Shown: positions 54,209-64,000, numbered from the stretch's first letter. The stretch is DNA of 64,000 nucleotides from Thermoplasmata archaeon (GCA_035504595.1 DATJRQ010000018.1:5204-69203); one strand, 5' to 3'. The notes: generated by a model from the sequence alone, not told the origin. Numbers and translations: made by a program.

Positions 54209-54631
54209 CTAGCGAATGAGCGGTCCGAACACGAACAGCCCCAACAGCAGGAGCCCCAGCACAGTGAGTGTGACCCACATCATCGTGCGTTCCCCGTCTC
54301 GGCGGAAGTAGTACACCCCGGTCAGCACCCTCACCACGGGCGTCGCGATCAGAACGTAGGTCCCCAGCGTCAGGTACGCCGACGGCGCGCCCCGGGCGAG
54401 TCCGGAGGCGAATCCCGACCCGGTCAGGTACGGCACGATCGGGTTCGCGCCGACGACCGACCCGGCGCTCGCCCCGGGGTTCTGCAGCAGGTAGGCGATC
54501 AGGGCCGCGAGCAGGATCGCGACGGCGACTCCGAGCCCCGACCGAAGGACGATAGCCATCCGCTCCCGGGCGTGCTCGGGGAGCCGCGGGGGCGGGATCG
54601 GCAGTACCTCGGGCGACGCGGCGGCGTTCAT
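54209..54631 (-). CDS. DUF1634-family membrane protein
   Basis: LR.G..V, LG..VLIATPVVRV; follows a TauE gene. Confidence 0.75.
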   Translation of the reverse strand: MNAAASPEVLPIPPPRLPEHARERMAIVLRSGLGVAVAILLAALIAYLLQNPGASAGSVVGANPIVPYLTGSGFASGLARGAPSAYLTLGTYVLIATPVVRVLTGVYYFRRDGERTMMWVTLTVLGLLLLGLFVFGPLIR

Positions 54632-55491
54632 ACGAGGCCGAACCCCCGGAGGATGATCTCGATCGCCAGCGCCACGACGACCGGGGCGAACAGCAGGCGA
54701 ACCGTCCGGTTCCGTAGCCCCGGGAGAAGATGGCTGCCGATCAGCGCGCCGACCACGGTGCCCACGGCCACCGGCGCGGCGACGATCGGGTTGATGTACC
54801 CCGCTGCGAGGAGGACCCCCGACCCCGCGGCGGCCGTCACCCCGATCATGAAGTTGCTCGTCGCCGTCGAGATCTTCATCGGCAGCCGGAGGAAGTGGTC
54901 GAGGGCGGTCACCTTGAACACCCCGGCGCCGATCCCGAACATTCCCGACACGACACCGGCGCCGAACATGACCCCGAGCGCGGGATTCGTCTGCGCGGCC
55001 CGGTACGTCACGGTCTGCCCGAGCGCCTCATCGTGGTAGGTTCCCGAGAGACCGAGCACCTGGGAGCGACGATCGGGCACCACGTTCTCGGGGAGCTCCT
55101 CGCCCCGGTGCGCGATCGTCCCGGGAATGATCGCGAGCAGGACGAAGCCGAGCGCGATCAGGAGGGCATTGTCGAGACTCGCGTGGGTGAGGAACACCGT
55201 CAGGGTGGCTCCCAGGAGCGCCCCGGGGACCGTGGCGATCTCCATGAACATCCCGATCCGAAGGTCCGTCAGTCGGTCGCGCACGTAGGCGGCCCCGGTC
55301 GTCGTGGAGGTCGCCAGGATCGTGACGGCCCCCGTCCCGATGGCGATCGGGAACGGGACGGCGAAAAAAATCACCAGCACCGGGATCATCACCACGGCGC
55401 CGCCGAGCCCGGTGAGCGAACCGACGAGGCCCGCGAGAATGGCCACGAGCGCGACGAGGAGGACGAACAGCCCGAGGTCCACGTCGCCCAC
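54628..55491 (-). CDS. TauE/SafE (TSUP) sulfite exporter-family protein
   Basis: GSLTGLGG, SGMFGIGAGVFKV, PMKISTATSNFMIGVTAA. Confidence 0.88.
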   Translation of the reverse strand: MGDVDLGLFVLLVALVAILAGLVGSLTGLGGAVVMIPVLVIFFAVPFPIAIGTGAVTILATSTTTGAAYVRDRLTDLRIGMFMEIATVPGALLGATLTVFLTHASLDNALLIALGFVLLAIIPGTIAHRGEELPENVVPDRRSQVLGLSGTYHDEALGQTVTYRAAQTNPALGVMFGAGVVSGMFGIGAGVFKVTALDHFLRLPMKISTATSNFMIGVTAAAGSGVLLAAGYINPIVAAPVAVGTVVGALIGSHLLPGLRNRTVRLLFAPVVVALAIEIILRGFGLV

Positions 55492-55582
55492 GGAATCCTC
55501 GCGGAAGAAAAGGCCGGTGCTCGGACGCTCGCTCCGCGAAACCTCAAAGCCGCCGCGCCCGTGGGAGCGCGTTCTTCGGGCG

Positions 55583-57997
55583 ATGACGGAACAGCCGCGG
55601 GGGCCTCGGATCGCGTTCGGAGCACCGGGGATCACGCCCCGGTGGTCGCACAGCAACAAGGACGGCGTCGGGACCGCCTATTCCGCCGACTCGCGTCTCT
55701 GGTTCACGCTGTGGCGCGGGGCCGTGACGGAGACGTACTTCCCGACCATCGACCGGCCCCAACTTCGCGACATGCAGTTCCTGCTGACCGACGGGAAATC
55801 GTTCTTCCACGAGGAGCGGCGGCATCTCAAGTCCACGACCGAACGGCCGAACGACCACGCGCTCGGCTACCGCATCGAGTCCGTGGCCCCGGATCGACGA
55901 TACCGGCTTTTCAAGACCATCATCGGCGACCCCCACCTTCCGACGCTCCTCGAGCACGTGCGCGTCGAGACCCGGACCCAGCGCCTCGCGGAGGAGCTTC
56001 GTATGTTCGTCCTCGCCGCCCCGCACCTCGACAACGGGGGTTGGGGGAACAATGCGATGGTGATCGACGTGCTGGACCAGCCGATCCTGGTCGCCCAGAA
56101 AAACAACGTCGCGCTCGCCCTCGGCTGCACCGTTCCGTTCCTCCGGGCCTCCGTCGGGTATGTCGGGCACAGTGACGGCTGGACAGACGTTTCCCACAAC
56201 CTCCGGATGGCGTACGAGTTCGACCAGGCCCCCGACGGGAACGTCGCGCTGACCGGCGAGATTCCGGTCGAGACCACGAAGGAGTTCACGGTCGGCCTCG
56301 CGTTCGGGGAGACGGTCCCAGCGGCGATCACCGCGCTCTTCCAGTCGCTACGAACCCCGTTCGACCTGCACTACAACCGGTTCCTCGAACAGTGGAGCCG
56401 TACCGTGCAGCATCAACTCCCGCTCGCCGGGCCGCACGGCGACGGCGGGCGCCTCTACCGGGCGAGCCGGGCGATCCTCTTCGCCCACGAGGACAAGGTG
56501 TACCCGGGGGCGTTCATCGCCTCGCTGTCGATCCCGTGGGGGGCCCGGAAAGGCGACGAGGACCGAGGAGGGTACCATCTGGTCTGGACCCGCGACCTCT
56601 TCCATACCGCGAACGCGCTCGCCGCATCGGGCTCGACCGACTCGCCGCTGCGCGCGCTCGTGTATCTCGCGACCCGCCAGCGCCCGGACGGGAGCATCCC
56701 CCAGAACTTCTGGGTCGACGGAACGGCGTACTGGCAGGGATTGCAGCTGGATGAGGTCGCCTTTCCGATGCTCCTGGCGCGACGGCTCCGGGGGGAGGAT
56801 ACGATCGCGGACCTTCACCGCCGGTCGCTCGCCATGCACGCGGTCCGGTTCCTCATCGAGCACTGCCCGGTCACTCAGCAGGACCGCTGGGAGGAGGTCA
56901 GCGGGTACTCCCCCTCCACGCTCGCGGTCTGCATTGCCGCGCTCACCTCCGCCGCGAGCTTCGCGCGCGGCCGGGGCCTCGCGCCGACCGCGGATTTCGT
57001 CCAGGAGTTCTCGGACTTCCTGGAGAGCCACATCGAACGATGGACCGTGACCCGGACGGGCACGCTCGTTCCCGGCATTCCTCGCCACTATGTACGGATC
57101 CGGCCGGCCCGGGTGGACGACCCTCACCCGAACGAGGGGCCCGACATGGACCCCGTGCGGTTGCCGAACCTACCGCCCGGGGTCCCGAACGTGTTCCCGG
57201 CCCACGAGGTCGTCGACGGCGGCTTCCTCGACCTGGTCCGTTTCGGGGTTCGTGCTCCCGACGACCCGGTGATCGTCGATTCCGTTCGTGTGGTCGACGC
57301 GATACTGAAGGTAGAAACCCCGGTCGGCCCGGTGTGGCGCCGGTACAACCACGACGGGTACGGGGAACACGAGGATGGGTCGGCCTTCACCGACTGGGGC
57401 AAAGGTCGCGCGTGGCCGCTCTTGACGGGAGAGCGGGGTCACTTCGAGCTCGCCGCGGGGCGGGATCCCCTTCCGTACCTTCGGACCCTCGAGAAGCTCG
57501 CGACCTCGACCGGACTGTTGCCGGAGCAGGTGTGGGACGAGGCCGACCGCCCCGATCTCTACCTGTTCCTCGGACGGCCCACCGAGTCGGCGACACCGCT
57601 CGCGTGGGCGCACGCGGAGTACATCACGCTCCTCCGGTCGATCGCCGACGGCCGGGTCTTCGACCAGGTACCGGAGGTGCGCACCCGGTACGTCGAGGAG
57701 CGACCCGAACGCGTCGCGTTCGAGGTGTGGCGGTTCAACCGGCAGCCCCGAACCATGAGACCGGACGAAACGCTTCGCATCATCTGCGACCGGCCGTTCC
57801 GGCTGCACGCGAGCAACGACGAGTGGCAGAACGTCGCCGACCTCGACTCGAACGCGACCGGCATCGGGCTCTCGTTCGTCGACCTCCTTCCCCTCGGAAG
57901 CCCCGGCCGTCGGTGGCGCTTCACGTTCTACTGGCCGCTCGACGGGCGCTGGCAGGGCGAGGACTTCGCCGTCGAGTCGTCGGCGAACGACGCCTAG
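55583..57997 (+). CDS. GH15 glucoamylase / glucan 1,4-alpha-glucosidase
   Basis: IASLSIPWG, GGYHLVWTRD, QLDE, QDRWEE, WRRYNHDGYG, PEQVW, PLAWAHAEY. Confidence 0.92.
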   Translation: MTEQPRGPRIAFGAPGITPRWSHSNKDGVGTAYSADSRLWFTLWRGAVTETYFPTIDRPQLRDMQFLLTDGKSFFHEERRHLKSTTERPNDHALGYRIESVAPDRRYRLFKTIIGDPHLPTLLEHVRVETRTQRLAEELRMFVLAAPHLDNGGWGNNAMVIDVLDQPILVAQKNNVALALGCTVPFLRASVGYVGHSDGWTDVSHNLRMAYEFDQAPDGNVALTGEIPVETTKEFTVGLAFGETVPAAITALFQSLRTPFDLHYNRFLEQWSRTVQHQLPLAGPHGDGGRLYRASRAILFAHEDKVYPGAFIASLSIPWGARKGDEDRGGYHLVWTRDLFHTANALAASGSTDSPLRALVYLATRQRPDGSIPQNFWVDGTAYWQGLQLDEVAFPMLLARRLRGEDTIADLHRRSLAMHAVRFLIEHCPVTQQDRWEEVSGYSPSTLAVCIAALTSAASFARGRGLAPTADFVQEFSDFLESHIERWTVTRTGTLVPGIPRHYVRIRPARVDDPHPNEGPDMDPVRLPNLPPGVPNVFPAHEVVDGGFLDLVRFGVRAPDDPVIVDSVRVVDAILKVETPVGPVWRRYNHDGYGEHEDGSAFTDWGKGRAWPLLTGERGHFELAAGRDPLPYLRTLEKLATSTGLLPEQVWDEADRPDLYLFLGRPTESATPLAWAHAEYITLLRSIADGRVFDQVPEVRTRYVEERPERVAFEVWRFNRQPRTMRPDETLRIICDRPFRLHASNDEWQNVADLDSNATGIGLSFVDLLPLGSPGRRWRFTFYWPLDGRWQGEDFAVESSANDA

Positions 57998-58009
57998 CGA
58001 CCGCGCCGG

Positions 58010-58777
58010 TCAATCGACCTTCAGCCACCGCGCCGACACCCGCCAGCCGATGACCAGCAGCGCGACCGCGAACAGCGCGAGGTAACCGAGGTTGATCCAC
58101 GGCACAGCCGTCCCGAGAACGAAGGATCGGCCGAGGAGCGCCGAGAACGTGATCGGATTCACCTTGGAGATGTCCTGCATCCAGGTCGGGAAGTACTGAC
58201 CCCCGAACAGCGCGGTGCTCGCGAACATGAGGGGCATCGTGATGAAGTTCGAGACGACCCCGGGCGTCTGCCAATCCGTGGAGGACGCGGTCACGGCGAG
58301 GAAGAGGCTCGAGAACCCGATCGCGAGGCAGAAGAGCGCGGCCACCCACGCGAGCCACTCGACCGGCGAAAGCCCGAACGACACCCCGAAGAGCGTCGCA
58401 GCGGCGATCATGATCGGGAACTGGATGAGACCGCGCGTCGCGGATCCGAGCGCCTTCGAAAGGAAGATCGTGCCCTTCGACGTGGGGGTGATCAAGATGC
58501 GCTTCATGAAGCCGAACCGCTTGTCCTGGATCGTGCTCATGGAACCGAACATCCCGACGGAGAGCATCGAGGTCGAGAGCGTGCCGGGCAACAGGAACGC
58601 GAGGTAGCTGTGCCCCTCCGCGATCGCCTGCACGACGGCGGGGGGCGCGTTGGCGAAGCTCGAGCCGAAGAACGCGAGCCACATGAACGGCTGGACGATC
58701 GTGATCAGTAGCACGAACGGGTTGCGGAACGTCCGCAAGATCTCCCGGAGGTAGAGGCCGACGAACTGGCTCCTCAT
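58010..58777 (-). CDS. ABC-2 type exporter permease (DrrB-like)
   Basis: QPFMWL.FFG, D.RFGF...LITP, NPITF; multiple TM helices. Confidence 0.88.
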   Translation of the reverse strand: MRSQFVGLYLREILRTFRNPFVLLITIVQPFMWLAFFGSSFANAPPAVVQAIAEGHSYLAFLLPGTLSTSMLSVGMFGSMSTIQDKRFGFMKRILITPTSKGTIFLSKALGSATRGLIQFPIMIAAATLFGVSFGLSPVEWLAWVAALFCLAIGFSSLFLAVTASSTDWQTPGVVSNFITMPLMFASTALFGGQYFPTWMQDISKVNPITFSALLGRSFVLGTAVPWINLGYLALFAVALLVIGWRVSARWLKVD

Positions 58778-59769
58778 CGGCGCGCCTGCCGCATTTGGGC
58801 GTAGAACTTCCGAATGTCCCGCATCGGTTCTTCGCCGCTGATGCGCCGCCCGGTCAGGTCGAGGAAGACCGTCTCGAGGCTGGGCTTTTCCACGCTGATC
58901 GACCGTACCGAGTCATTCCCCACGGTGGCGAGCAGGCTCGGAAGGGTCGCCTCGGCGGACGCCACGCGTAACGTCCACCGATCACCGTGCGAGCTCGCTT
59001 CCTGGACGCCCGGAAGGGCCCGCAGGCGCGCGCCGTCCAGCGGCGCCGCGGTTTCGAGCTCGATGACGTCCGCCTTGACCCGACTCTTGAGCTCGGGCGT
59101 CGTTCCCTCGGCGATCACGTGACCGTGGTCGATGATCGCGATCCGGTCGCATAGGGCGTCGGCCTCCTCGATGTAATGGGTCGTGAGGAGCACGGTGACA
59201 CCGAACTCCTTGTGGACGCCGGCGACAATGTCCCAGAGCATACGACGCGTGCTGACGTCGAGGCCGATCGTCGGTTCGTCCATGAAAATCACCGACGGCT
59301 GGTGGAGGAGGGCGAGGGCGATCTCGAGCTTCTTGCGCATCCCCGTGGAGAACTTGTTGACCTTGTCGTCGGCCCGGTCGGCGAGAGAAAAGTAACTGAG
59401 CAGCAGTTCGGCCCGCGGTTCCCAGTCCTTGAGATTCTGGAGCTTCGCCTGCAGCCAGAGGTTCTCTCGGGCGGAGAAGTCGTCGTCGAGGATCACCTCG
59501 GCGGCGACCCACCCGATGCGCGCACGGACCTCCATCGACTGGGTTCGAACGTCGAATCCGGCGACCGTCGCGTCACCGGAGGTGAGGTCACTGATCCCCG
59601 TGAGCACCTTGATCAGAGTCGTCTTGCCGGCCCCGTTCGGCCCGAGCAGCCCGAACACCGTGCCGGACGGGATCGAGAGGCTCACGTGGTCGAGCGCGAG
59701 CACCCCGTGGGCGAGCGAGCCGTATCGCTTGGAAACGTCCCGCACCTCGATCGCACTGGTCGTCGTCAT
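58774..59769 (-). CDS. ABC exporter ATP-binding subunit (DrrA-like)
   Basis: GPNGAGKTT, FSTGMRKK, MDEPT, TTHY, PSLETVFL. Confidence 0.92.
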   Translation of the reverse strand: MTTTSAIEVRDVSKRYGSLAHGVLALDHVSLSIPSGTVFGLLGPNGAGKTTLIKVLTGISDLTSGDATVAGFDVRTQSMEVRARIGWVAAEVILDDDFSARENLWLQAKLQNLKDWEPRAELLLSYFSLADRADDKVNKFSTGMRKKLEIALALLHQPSVIFMDEPTIGLDVSTRRMLWDIVAGVHKEFGVTVLLTTHYIEEADALCDRIAIIDHGHVIAEGTTPELKSRVKADVIELETAAPLDGARLRALPGVQEASSHGDRWTLRVASAEATLPSLLATVGNDSVRSISVEKPSLETVFLDLTGRRISGEEPMRDIRKFYAQMRQARR

Positions 59770-60269
59770 CGCGTCCTCGGTGCCGAACTGGAGCGGCCGT
59801 CTCGACCCAGCGCGGCCAACCGCGACTCCGTGACCCGCAGCTCCGCCCGCACCTGATCGAGGAGCGGTGTCCCCCCCGCCCGGGCGCCGGGGGTTCGCTC
59901 CAGATACGACGTCATGCCCTCGAGATGATGTCGCAGGTGGTCCAACAGCGGCTGGCCGGGGTCGGCCCCCCCGACGATCTCCGACCAGAGCGCTCCGAGG
60001 TCCGGCCCACTCCTCCGTCGACCCGCGAATCCGGACCGGAGTCGGCGCAGAAACGACCGTCCCGAGGGGGTGATGCGATACACCCGTCGGCGCCCGTCCC
60101 GCGACGGGTGCGCCAAACGCTTACGGACGAGCGACTGGAGCGCCGGATAGACCGCTCCCGGACCGGGTCTCCATCCCCCGTCGGTCCGTTCGGCGATGCG
60201 CTCGGTGAGCGAGTAGCCGTAGATCGCTCCCTCCCGCTCCATCACGGAAAGCGCGTAGAGACCCAGCAT
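59766..60269 (-). CDS. PadR-family transcriptional regulator
   Basis: YGY.L...I, WRPGPGAVYPAL, RRVYRITPSG. Confidence 0.88.
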   Translation of the reverse strand: MLGLYALSVMEREGAIYGYSLTERIAERTDGGWRPGPGAVYPALQSLVRKRLAHPSRDGRRRVYRITPSGRSFLRRLRSGFAGRRRSGPDLGALWSEIVGGADPGQPLLDHLRHHLEGMTSYLERTPGARAGGTPLLDQVRAELRVTESRLAALGRDGRSSSAPRTR

Positions 60270-60322
60270 TCGGCCGGGGCGAGGTCCGAACGGTCGGGGT
60301 TTTCTCGGAATACTTAGTTATG

Positions 60323-60336
60323 TATCGAATTCGATA
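60323..60336. promoter_or_regulatory. Perfect 14-bp palindrome, candidate PadR operator in a divergent promoter
   Basis: TATCGAATTCGATA inside an AT-rich island between padR and the oxidase gene. Confidence 0.65.
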
Positions 60337-60452
60337 TAATGTCATCGCCCCGCGCTGGCCGATCGGCCCGGCGGAACGGTGGGAGATCCGCTCGATACCA
60401 ACCGGTTCCACATCAATCCCGAGCCGGGTCCGGGGGCGGGCCCATCGAGCTC

Positions 60453-63137
60453 ATGACGTCGACCGGGACGACCGGGGACTACCCCTCGGTAGCGTCGTTC
60501 GAACGGCCTCCGGCGCTCGTCCAGGTCCTGAACGACACGGAAGAGGCGATCCGCGCCCGCCTCGCCAAGCTGAGGCTGTTCGACCGGGTGTTCCTCCTCC
60601 ATCGCGACTGGATGACGCGCATCACGATGCTGATGATCATCCTCGCGATCTTCTGGGGCGCGGTCGGAGGGTTCGATGCGTTCGGGTTCCAGACGCAGGT
60701 GGTCGGCTACGCGACCTCGGGGACGCTCGAGCTGTCGAACCAGGAGATCTACTCCTCCGTCACCCTCCACGGCATCCGCATGCTGTTCGGGTTCGCCCAG
60801 CAGCTCGAGATGGCGTTCTTCGGACTTCTCCTGGTGAACGTCCTCTCGCTGACCCCGAAGTTCAAGTGGCGACTCTACACCGCCGTCGGCCTGCTCAACC
60901 TGTCGATCATCTTCATCGAGGGTCCGATCTACCTCGTCCCGTTCAACGACAACTACTTCCCGTCGACGGGATGGACGTTCCTTTCGCCCCTCGGCGTCAA
61001 CGGGCAAAGCCTGTACGTCGTGTCCCCGCTGTTCTTCGTCGGCTTCCTGTTCCTCGGCATCGCCATGTTCCTGTGGACGTGGTGGATGCTATCGCATTTC
61101 CTCGCGTGGTACCGCACCGATGCGGCCCGCGCCGGCCGCTTGCCGGTGTTCGTCCTGTTCCTCCTGGTCACCGTCATCCTGATCCCGATCACGTACGGAC
61201 CGCTGCTCGTCTCCACGGTGTGGGACCTCGGGACCTACTTCGCCGGTTGGCCGATCAACGCCCTCGCGAACCAGGTCATCTTCTGGATGTTCGGCCACGC
61301 GCTGGTGTACCTCCTCTTCCTCCTGCCGGTCACCGGATTCTACCTGCTCCTGCCGATCCTCGCCCGACGGCCTCCGTACTCGTACCGATGGGCGTTCGTT
61401 TCGGCCCTGATGTTCGTCCTCCTTACCCCGCTCCTCGGCATCCACCACCTGTACCTCACGCCCCTGCCCGGCTGGTCGGTCTGGGTGACAATGGCGCTCT
61501 CCTTCGCCATCGTCCTCCCGTCCGCGATCACGTTCTTCTCGGTCTGGATGACGCTGAAGGGGGTCCCGAGTTCCCAGTGGGAGTGGAATGTCGTCGCCCT
61601 GTTCGCGCTCCTTTCCTTCGGTGGGTCGATCTTTGGAGGCCTCTCCGGGCCGATGCTGGCCACCGTCCCGTGGGACCTCTCCTTACACAATTCCCTGTTC
61701 GTCCTCAGCCATTTCCACGCGCTGACGATCCTCTCGATCACGGCGGGTGGATTTGCGCTCGCCTACGCGTTCTTCCCGATCCTCACGGGCCGCTCGTGGT
61801 TCTCCGGCCGACTCGCGCTCGTGCACTTCGTCCTGACGCTGGTCGGAGGGCTCGGGCTGATCATCGCCTTCGACCAGCTCGGGGAGCTGGGCGTGCTGCG
61901 TCGGTCGTTCCTCCTGCCGGGGCTCCCGGAAGTGACGATGTACCAGATCGTCCTGTTCGGCTCGATCGTGGTGATCCTCGTCGGGCAGCTATTCTTCGTT
62001 CTGAACGGCTTCCTGACCGTCTTCCTTTCCCCGCTCTTCTCGGCCGAGGGCTTGACGTTCGATGAGGCCGTCCGAAAAGCCGCGCAATCGACCTGCCCTA
62101 CCGCCCGCCGGGTGCCCATCGGGGACATTCCCTATGTCCGGAGAGTTCCCCGGGTCCGACGGGAGCGCGCCGAGCGCGTGTGGGTCGGCACCGTGGTCGT
62201 CCTGCTCGTCGTCGTGCTGGTCGCGTCGACCCCGGCCACGCTCTCGACCTCCAACGGGATCGGCAGCCCCTCCGACCCGCCCCCCGGCACGGAGTTCGTT
62301 TCGATGCATGCCCAACAGTACTACTGGGCAGTTTCCGAACATGGTCGCGTGAACGGCACGTTCGACAACGTGATCGTCGCCTACGCGGACCAGCCGGTTG
62401 AGGTCAACGCGACGGCATCGGGGGCGACGCAAGAATTTTACCTGCCGCTTCGGGACGCGACGCCCGTTAGCTTCGAGGTGGTCCCCGGGACCCCGTCCTA
62501 TGCGCTCTTCACCGCCCCCTCCACTCCCGGTGTCTACGCCGTGCCCGACGGGGAGTATGACGGCCCCTGGTTCGGACAGGACGTGGCGGCCCTCGTCGTC
62601 CTGCCCGCCCCCGGCGCGACGAACTCCCTCGCGGCCTTCCAATCGAGCTCCGGGGAGGGGGACATCTACAACCCGCCCATCGTCGCCGCCTCCTCCGCGG
62701 ACCTGGTCGGCGACGGGGCGGGGCTGTTCAACCACAGCGTCCCCGGACCGACCCTCTCGGCCGCCGCGGGCCCGGTGTCGTTCTCCTGGTCGGTTCCTCT
62801 CAGCTCGATCGGGGTGAACAACTACCTGGTCAACGTGACCTCCAACACGGCGAACCAGCAACAGCAGTACGTGATCTCCCGCAACTACACCTTGCCGTTC
62901 CAGTTCGGGGTCTGGGCCATCCGACCGGCGACGGGGCTCGCGTTCGTGTCGAGCGCACCGCTTCGCATCAACGCGGACGAGACCGAGTCGGCCAACTTGA
63001 CCGCCGGCGCGTACCTGTACGGCGTCGTCCAGCCAATCGACTATTCGTACAATCCGGCGGGCGATTCCGGGGGGAGCACGGGCTCGGACACCGGCTTTGT
63101 GATGGGGCTGTGGGGGGTCCTGTGGGTGGCGACGTGA
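60453..63137 (+). CDS. Heme-copper oxidase subunit I (B-family-like) fused to a subunit II-like cupredoxin lacking CuA ligands
   Basis: Six His ligands: LHG, GHALVY, GIHH, HFH; also HNS and LRR; then TM, AQQYYW, and DGEYDGPWFGQD in place of CxExCGxxHxxM; ATG 60453 preferred to 60339. Confidence 0.85.
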   Translation: MTSTGTTGDYPSVASFERPPALVQVLNDTEEAIRARLAKLRLFDRVFLLHRDWMTRITMLMIILAIFWGAVGGFDAFGFQTQVVGYATSGTLELSNQEIYSSVTLHGIRMLFGFAQQLEMAFFGLLLVNVLSLTPKFKWRLYTAVGLLNLSIIFIEGPIYLVPFNDNYFPSTGWTFLSPLGVNGQSLYVVSPLFFVGFLFLGIAMFLWTWWMLSHFLAWYRTDAARAGRLPVFVLFLLVTVILIPITYGPLLVSTVWDLGTYFAGWPINALANQVIFWMFGHALVYLLFLLPVTGFYLLLPILARRPPYSYRWAFVSALMFVLLTPLLGIHHLYLTPLPGWSVWVTMALSFAIVLPSAITFFSVWMTLKGVPSSQWEWNVVALFALLSFGGSIFGGLSGPMLATVPWDLSLHNSLFVLSHFHALTILSITAGGFALAYAFFPILTGRSWFSGRLALVHFVLTLVGGLGLIIAFDQLGELGVLRRSFLLPGLPEVTMYQIVLFGSIVVILVGQLFFVLNGFLTVFLSPLFSAEGLTFDEAVRKAAQSTCPTARRVPIGDIPYVRRVPRVRRERAERVWVGTVVVLLVVVLVASTPATLSTSNGIGSPSDPPPGTEFVSMHAQQYYWAVSEHGRVNGTFDNVIVAYADQPVEVNATASGATQEFYLPLRDATPVSFEVVPGTPSYALFTAPSTPGVYAVPDGEYDGPWFGQDVAALVVLPAPGATNSLAAFQSSSGEGDIYNPPIVAASSADLVGDGAGLFNHSVPGPTLSAAAGPVSFSWSVPLSSIGVNNYLVNVTSNTANQQQQYVISRNYTLPFQFGVWAIRPATGLAFVSSAPLRINADETESANLTAGAYLYGVVQPIDYSYNPAGDSGGSTGSDTGFVMGLWGVLWVAT

Positions 63138-63355
63138 AACCGGAGGCGACGACCCCGTCGAGCTCGGGGTGGCGAACTCCGTTTGTCGTGTTCGGAATCG
63201 TGGGCGTCGTGGCGGCCGCCGGAGCGATCTGGGAGGCGCTCTACTACGCGACGTCCCCGGCGCTCTCGTCCGCTTCGCTGGGAACCACGCTCGGGATCGT
63301 CATCGCGGTGGTCGCCTTCGTGGCGGTGGCCCTCTGGGCACCGCCCAACGATTGA
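63134..63355 (+). CDS. Small two-TM protein, possible oxidase accessory subunit
   Basis: GTGA overlap with the oxidase stop; two hydrophobic helices. Confidence 0.6.
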   Translation: MKPEATTPSSSGWRTPFVVFGIVGVVAAAGAIWEALYYATSPALSSASLGTTLGIVIAVVAFVAVALWAPPND

Positions 63356-63369
63356 TCGCCACCGGACCG

Positions 63370-63999
63370 TTACTCGGGCGATACCCGCGTGCCCGCCCGT
63401 CCTTCGAGAGCGCGGGGCAGCGAGTGGATGTCGGTGATCACGAAGTGCCGCCCTCCCTGGCGCAGGAATCGAAGGCCGGCCTCGACCTTCGGGCCCATGC
63501 TGCCTTCCGCGAACTCCCCCCGACGGGCGTAGCGCGCGAGCTCGGTCGCGGTAACGCGGCCGAGCCACCGGGGATGACCCGAGGCAAAATCGACCGCCGC
63601 GCCCGGGACGTCCGTGACGATCGCGAGCGTGTCGACCGCCAGGGTGGCCCCGACGAGCGCTGCCCCGAGGTCCTTGTCGATCACGGCGTCCACCCCCTCC
63701 CACCTCGCCCCGCGCCGGACGACCGGGATCCCGCCGCCTCCGGTCACCACGAACACGCATCGGCGACCGAACCCGGCGTCCAGCATCGCCCGCACCGCCG
63801 GACCTTCGAGCCAGCGTCGGGGGTCGGGCGACGGGACCAGTCGACGCCAGCCGCCCCGTCGCCGGTCCTCCTGGACGGTCCAGTGGAGCTGGCGCGCGAG
63901 GCTTCGGGCCTCGCGCCGGGAGTAAAAGCGCCCGACGGGTTTCGTGGGTCGACGGAACGCCGGGTCCCGAGCGGAGACCTCGGTGCGGCTGACGAGCGG
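63370..63999 (-). CDS. arcC: Carbamate kinase, C-terminal part (5'-truncated by the window)
   Basis: DPAF..PTKPVG, WRRLVPSP.P, GGGGIPV, AVIDKDL, GSMGPKVEA. Confidence 0.9.
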   Translation of the reverse strand, partial: PLVSRTEVSARDPAFRRPTKPVGRFYSRREARSLARQLHWTVQEDRRRGGWRRLVPSPDPRRWLEGPAVRAMLDAGFGRRCVFVVTGGGGIPVVRRGARWEGVDAVIDKDLGAALVGATLAVDTLAIVTDVPGAAVDFASGHPRWLGRVTATELARYARRGEFAEGSMGPKVEAGLRFLRQGGRHFVITDIHSLPRALEGRAGTRVSPE

Positions 64000-64000
64000 A

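Noticed and set aside
1..64000. CRISPR array, rRNA, transposase, DGR, or stop-codon recoding (Sec/Pyl)
   Set aside because: No regularly spaced repeats, cas, RT or transposase motifs were seen; TAG and TGA end conserved genes at expected positions

Overview
Very GC-rich archaeal chromosomal segment, most consistent with a Thermoplasmata lineage (TFB, Gar1, S19e/L39e/L31e/eIF6/S17e, Thermoplasmata-type Hjc and CoaD). Gene density is high; most long ORFs in the supplied track are GC-driven shadow frames. Recognisable content: fatty-acyl genes (SCP2, 3-hydroxyacyl-CoA dehydrogenase, thiolase-like/DUF35), a surface beta-propeller/PKD protein, an SPFH/zinc-ribbon operon, a giant TPR protein, an HD hydrolase, EVE, two KaiC-type ATPases, a SAMP-like modifier, gar1-tfb, tldD/pmbA, purN, an hcrCAB-like molybdoenzyme cluster, a ribosomal cluster, coaD, site-2 protease, trmG10, glmM, GH15 glucoamylase, PadR-ABC exporter, a fused heme-copper oxidase and a partial carbamate kinase. 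The most interesting signals are: (1) a tightly spaced vWA / TRAFAC GTPase / GAP1-N- or DENN-like + coiled-coil three-gene operon (42.2-47.9 kb); (2) two tRNA-Ser genes, each split by an intron at the non-canonical T-loop position 59/60 with the same relaxed BHB motif; (3) an MCM-like AAA+ ATPase head-to-head with Hjc; (4) a subunit I+II fused oxidase whose CuA ligands are replaced largely by Asp; (5) a TPR protein with a RING-like finger near paired KaiC ATPases and a SAMP. No CRISPR array, rRNA, integrase or transposase was seen. All calls come from motif reading by eye; no database searches were run.
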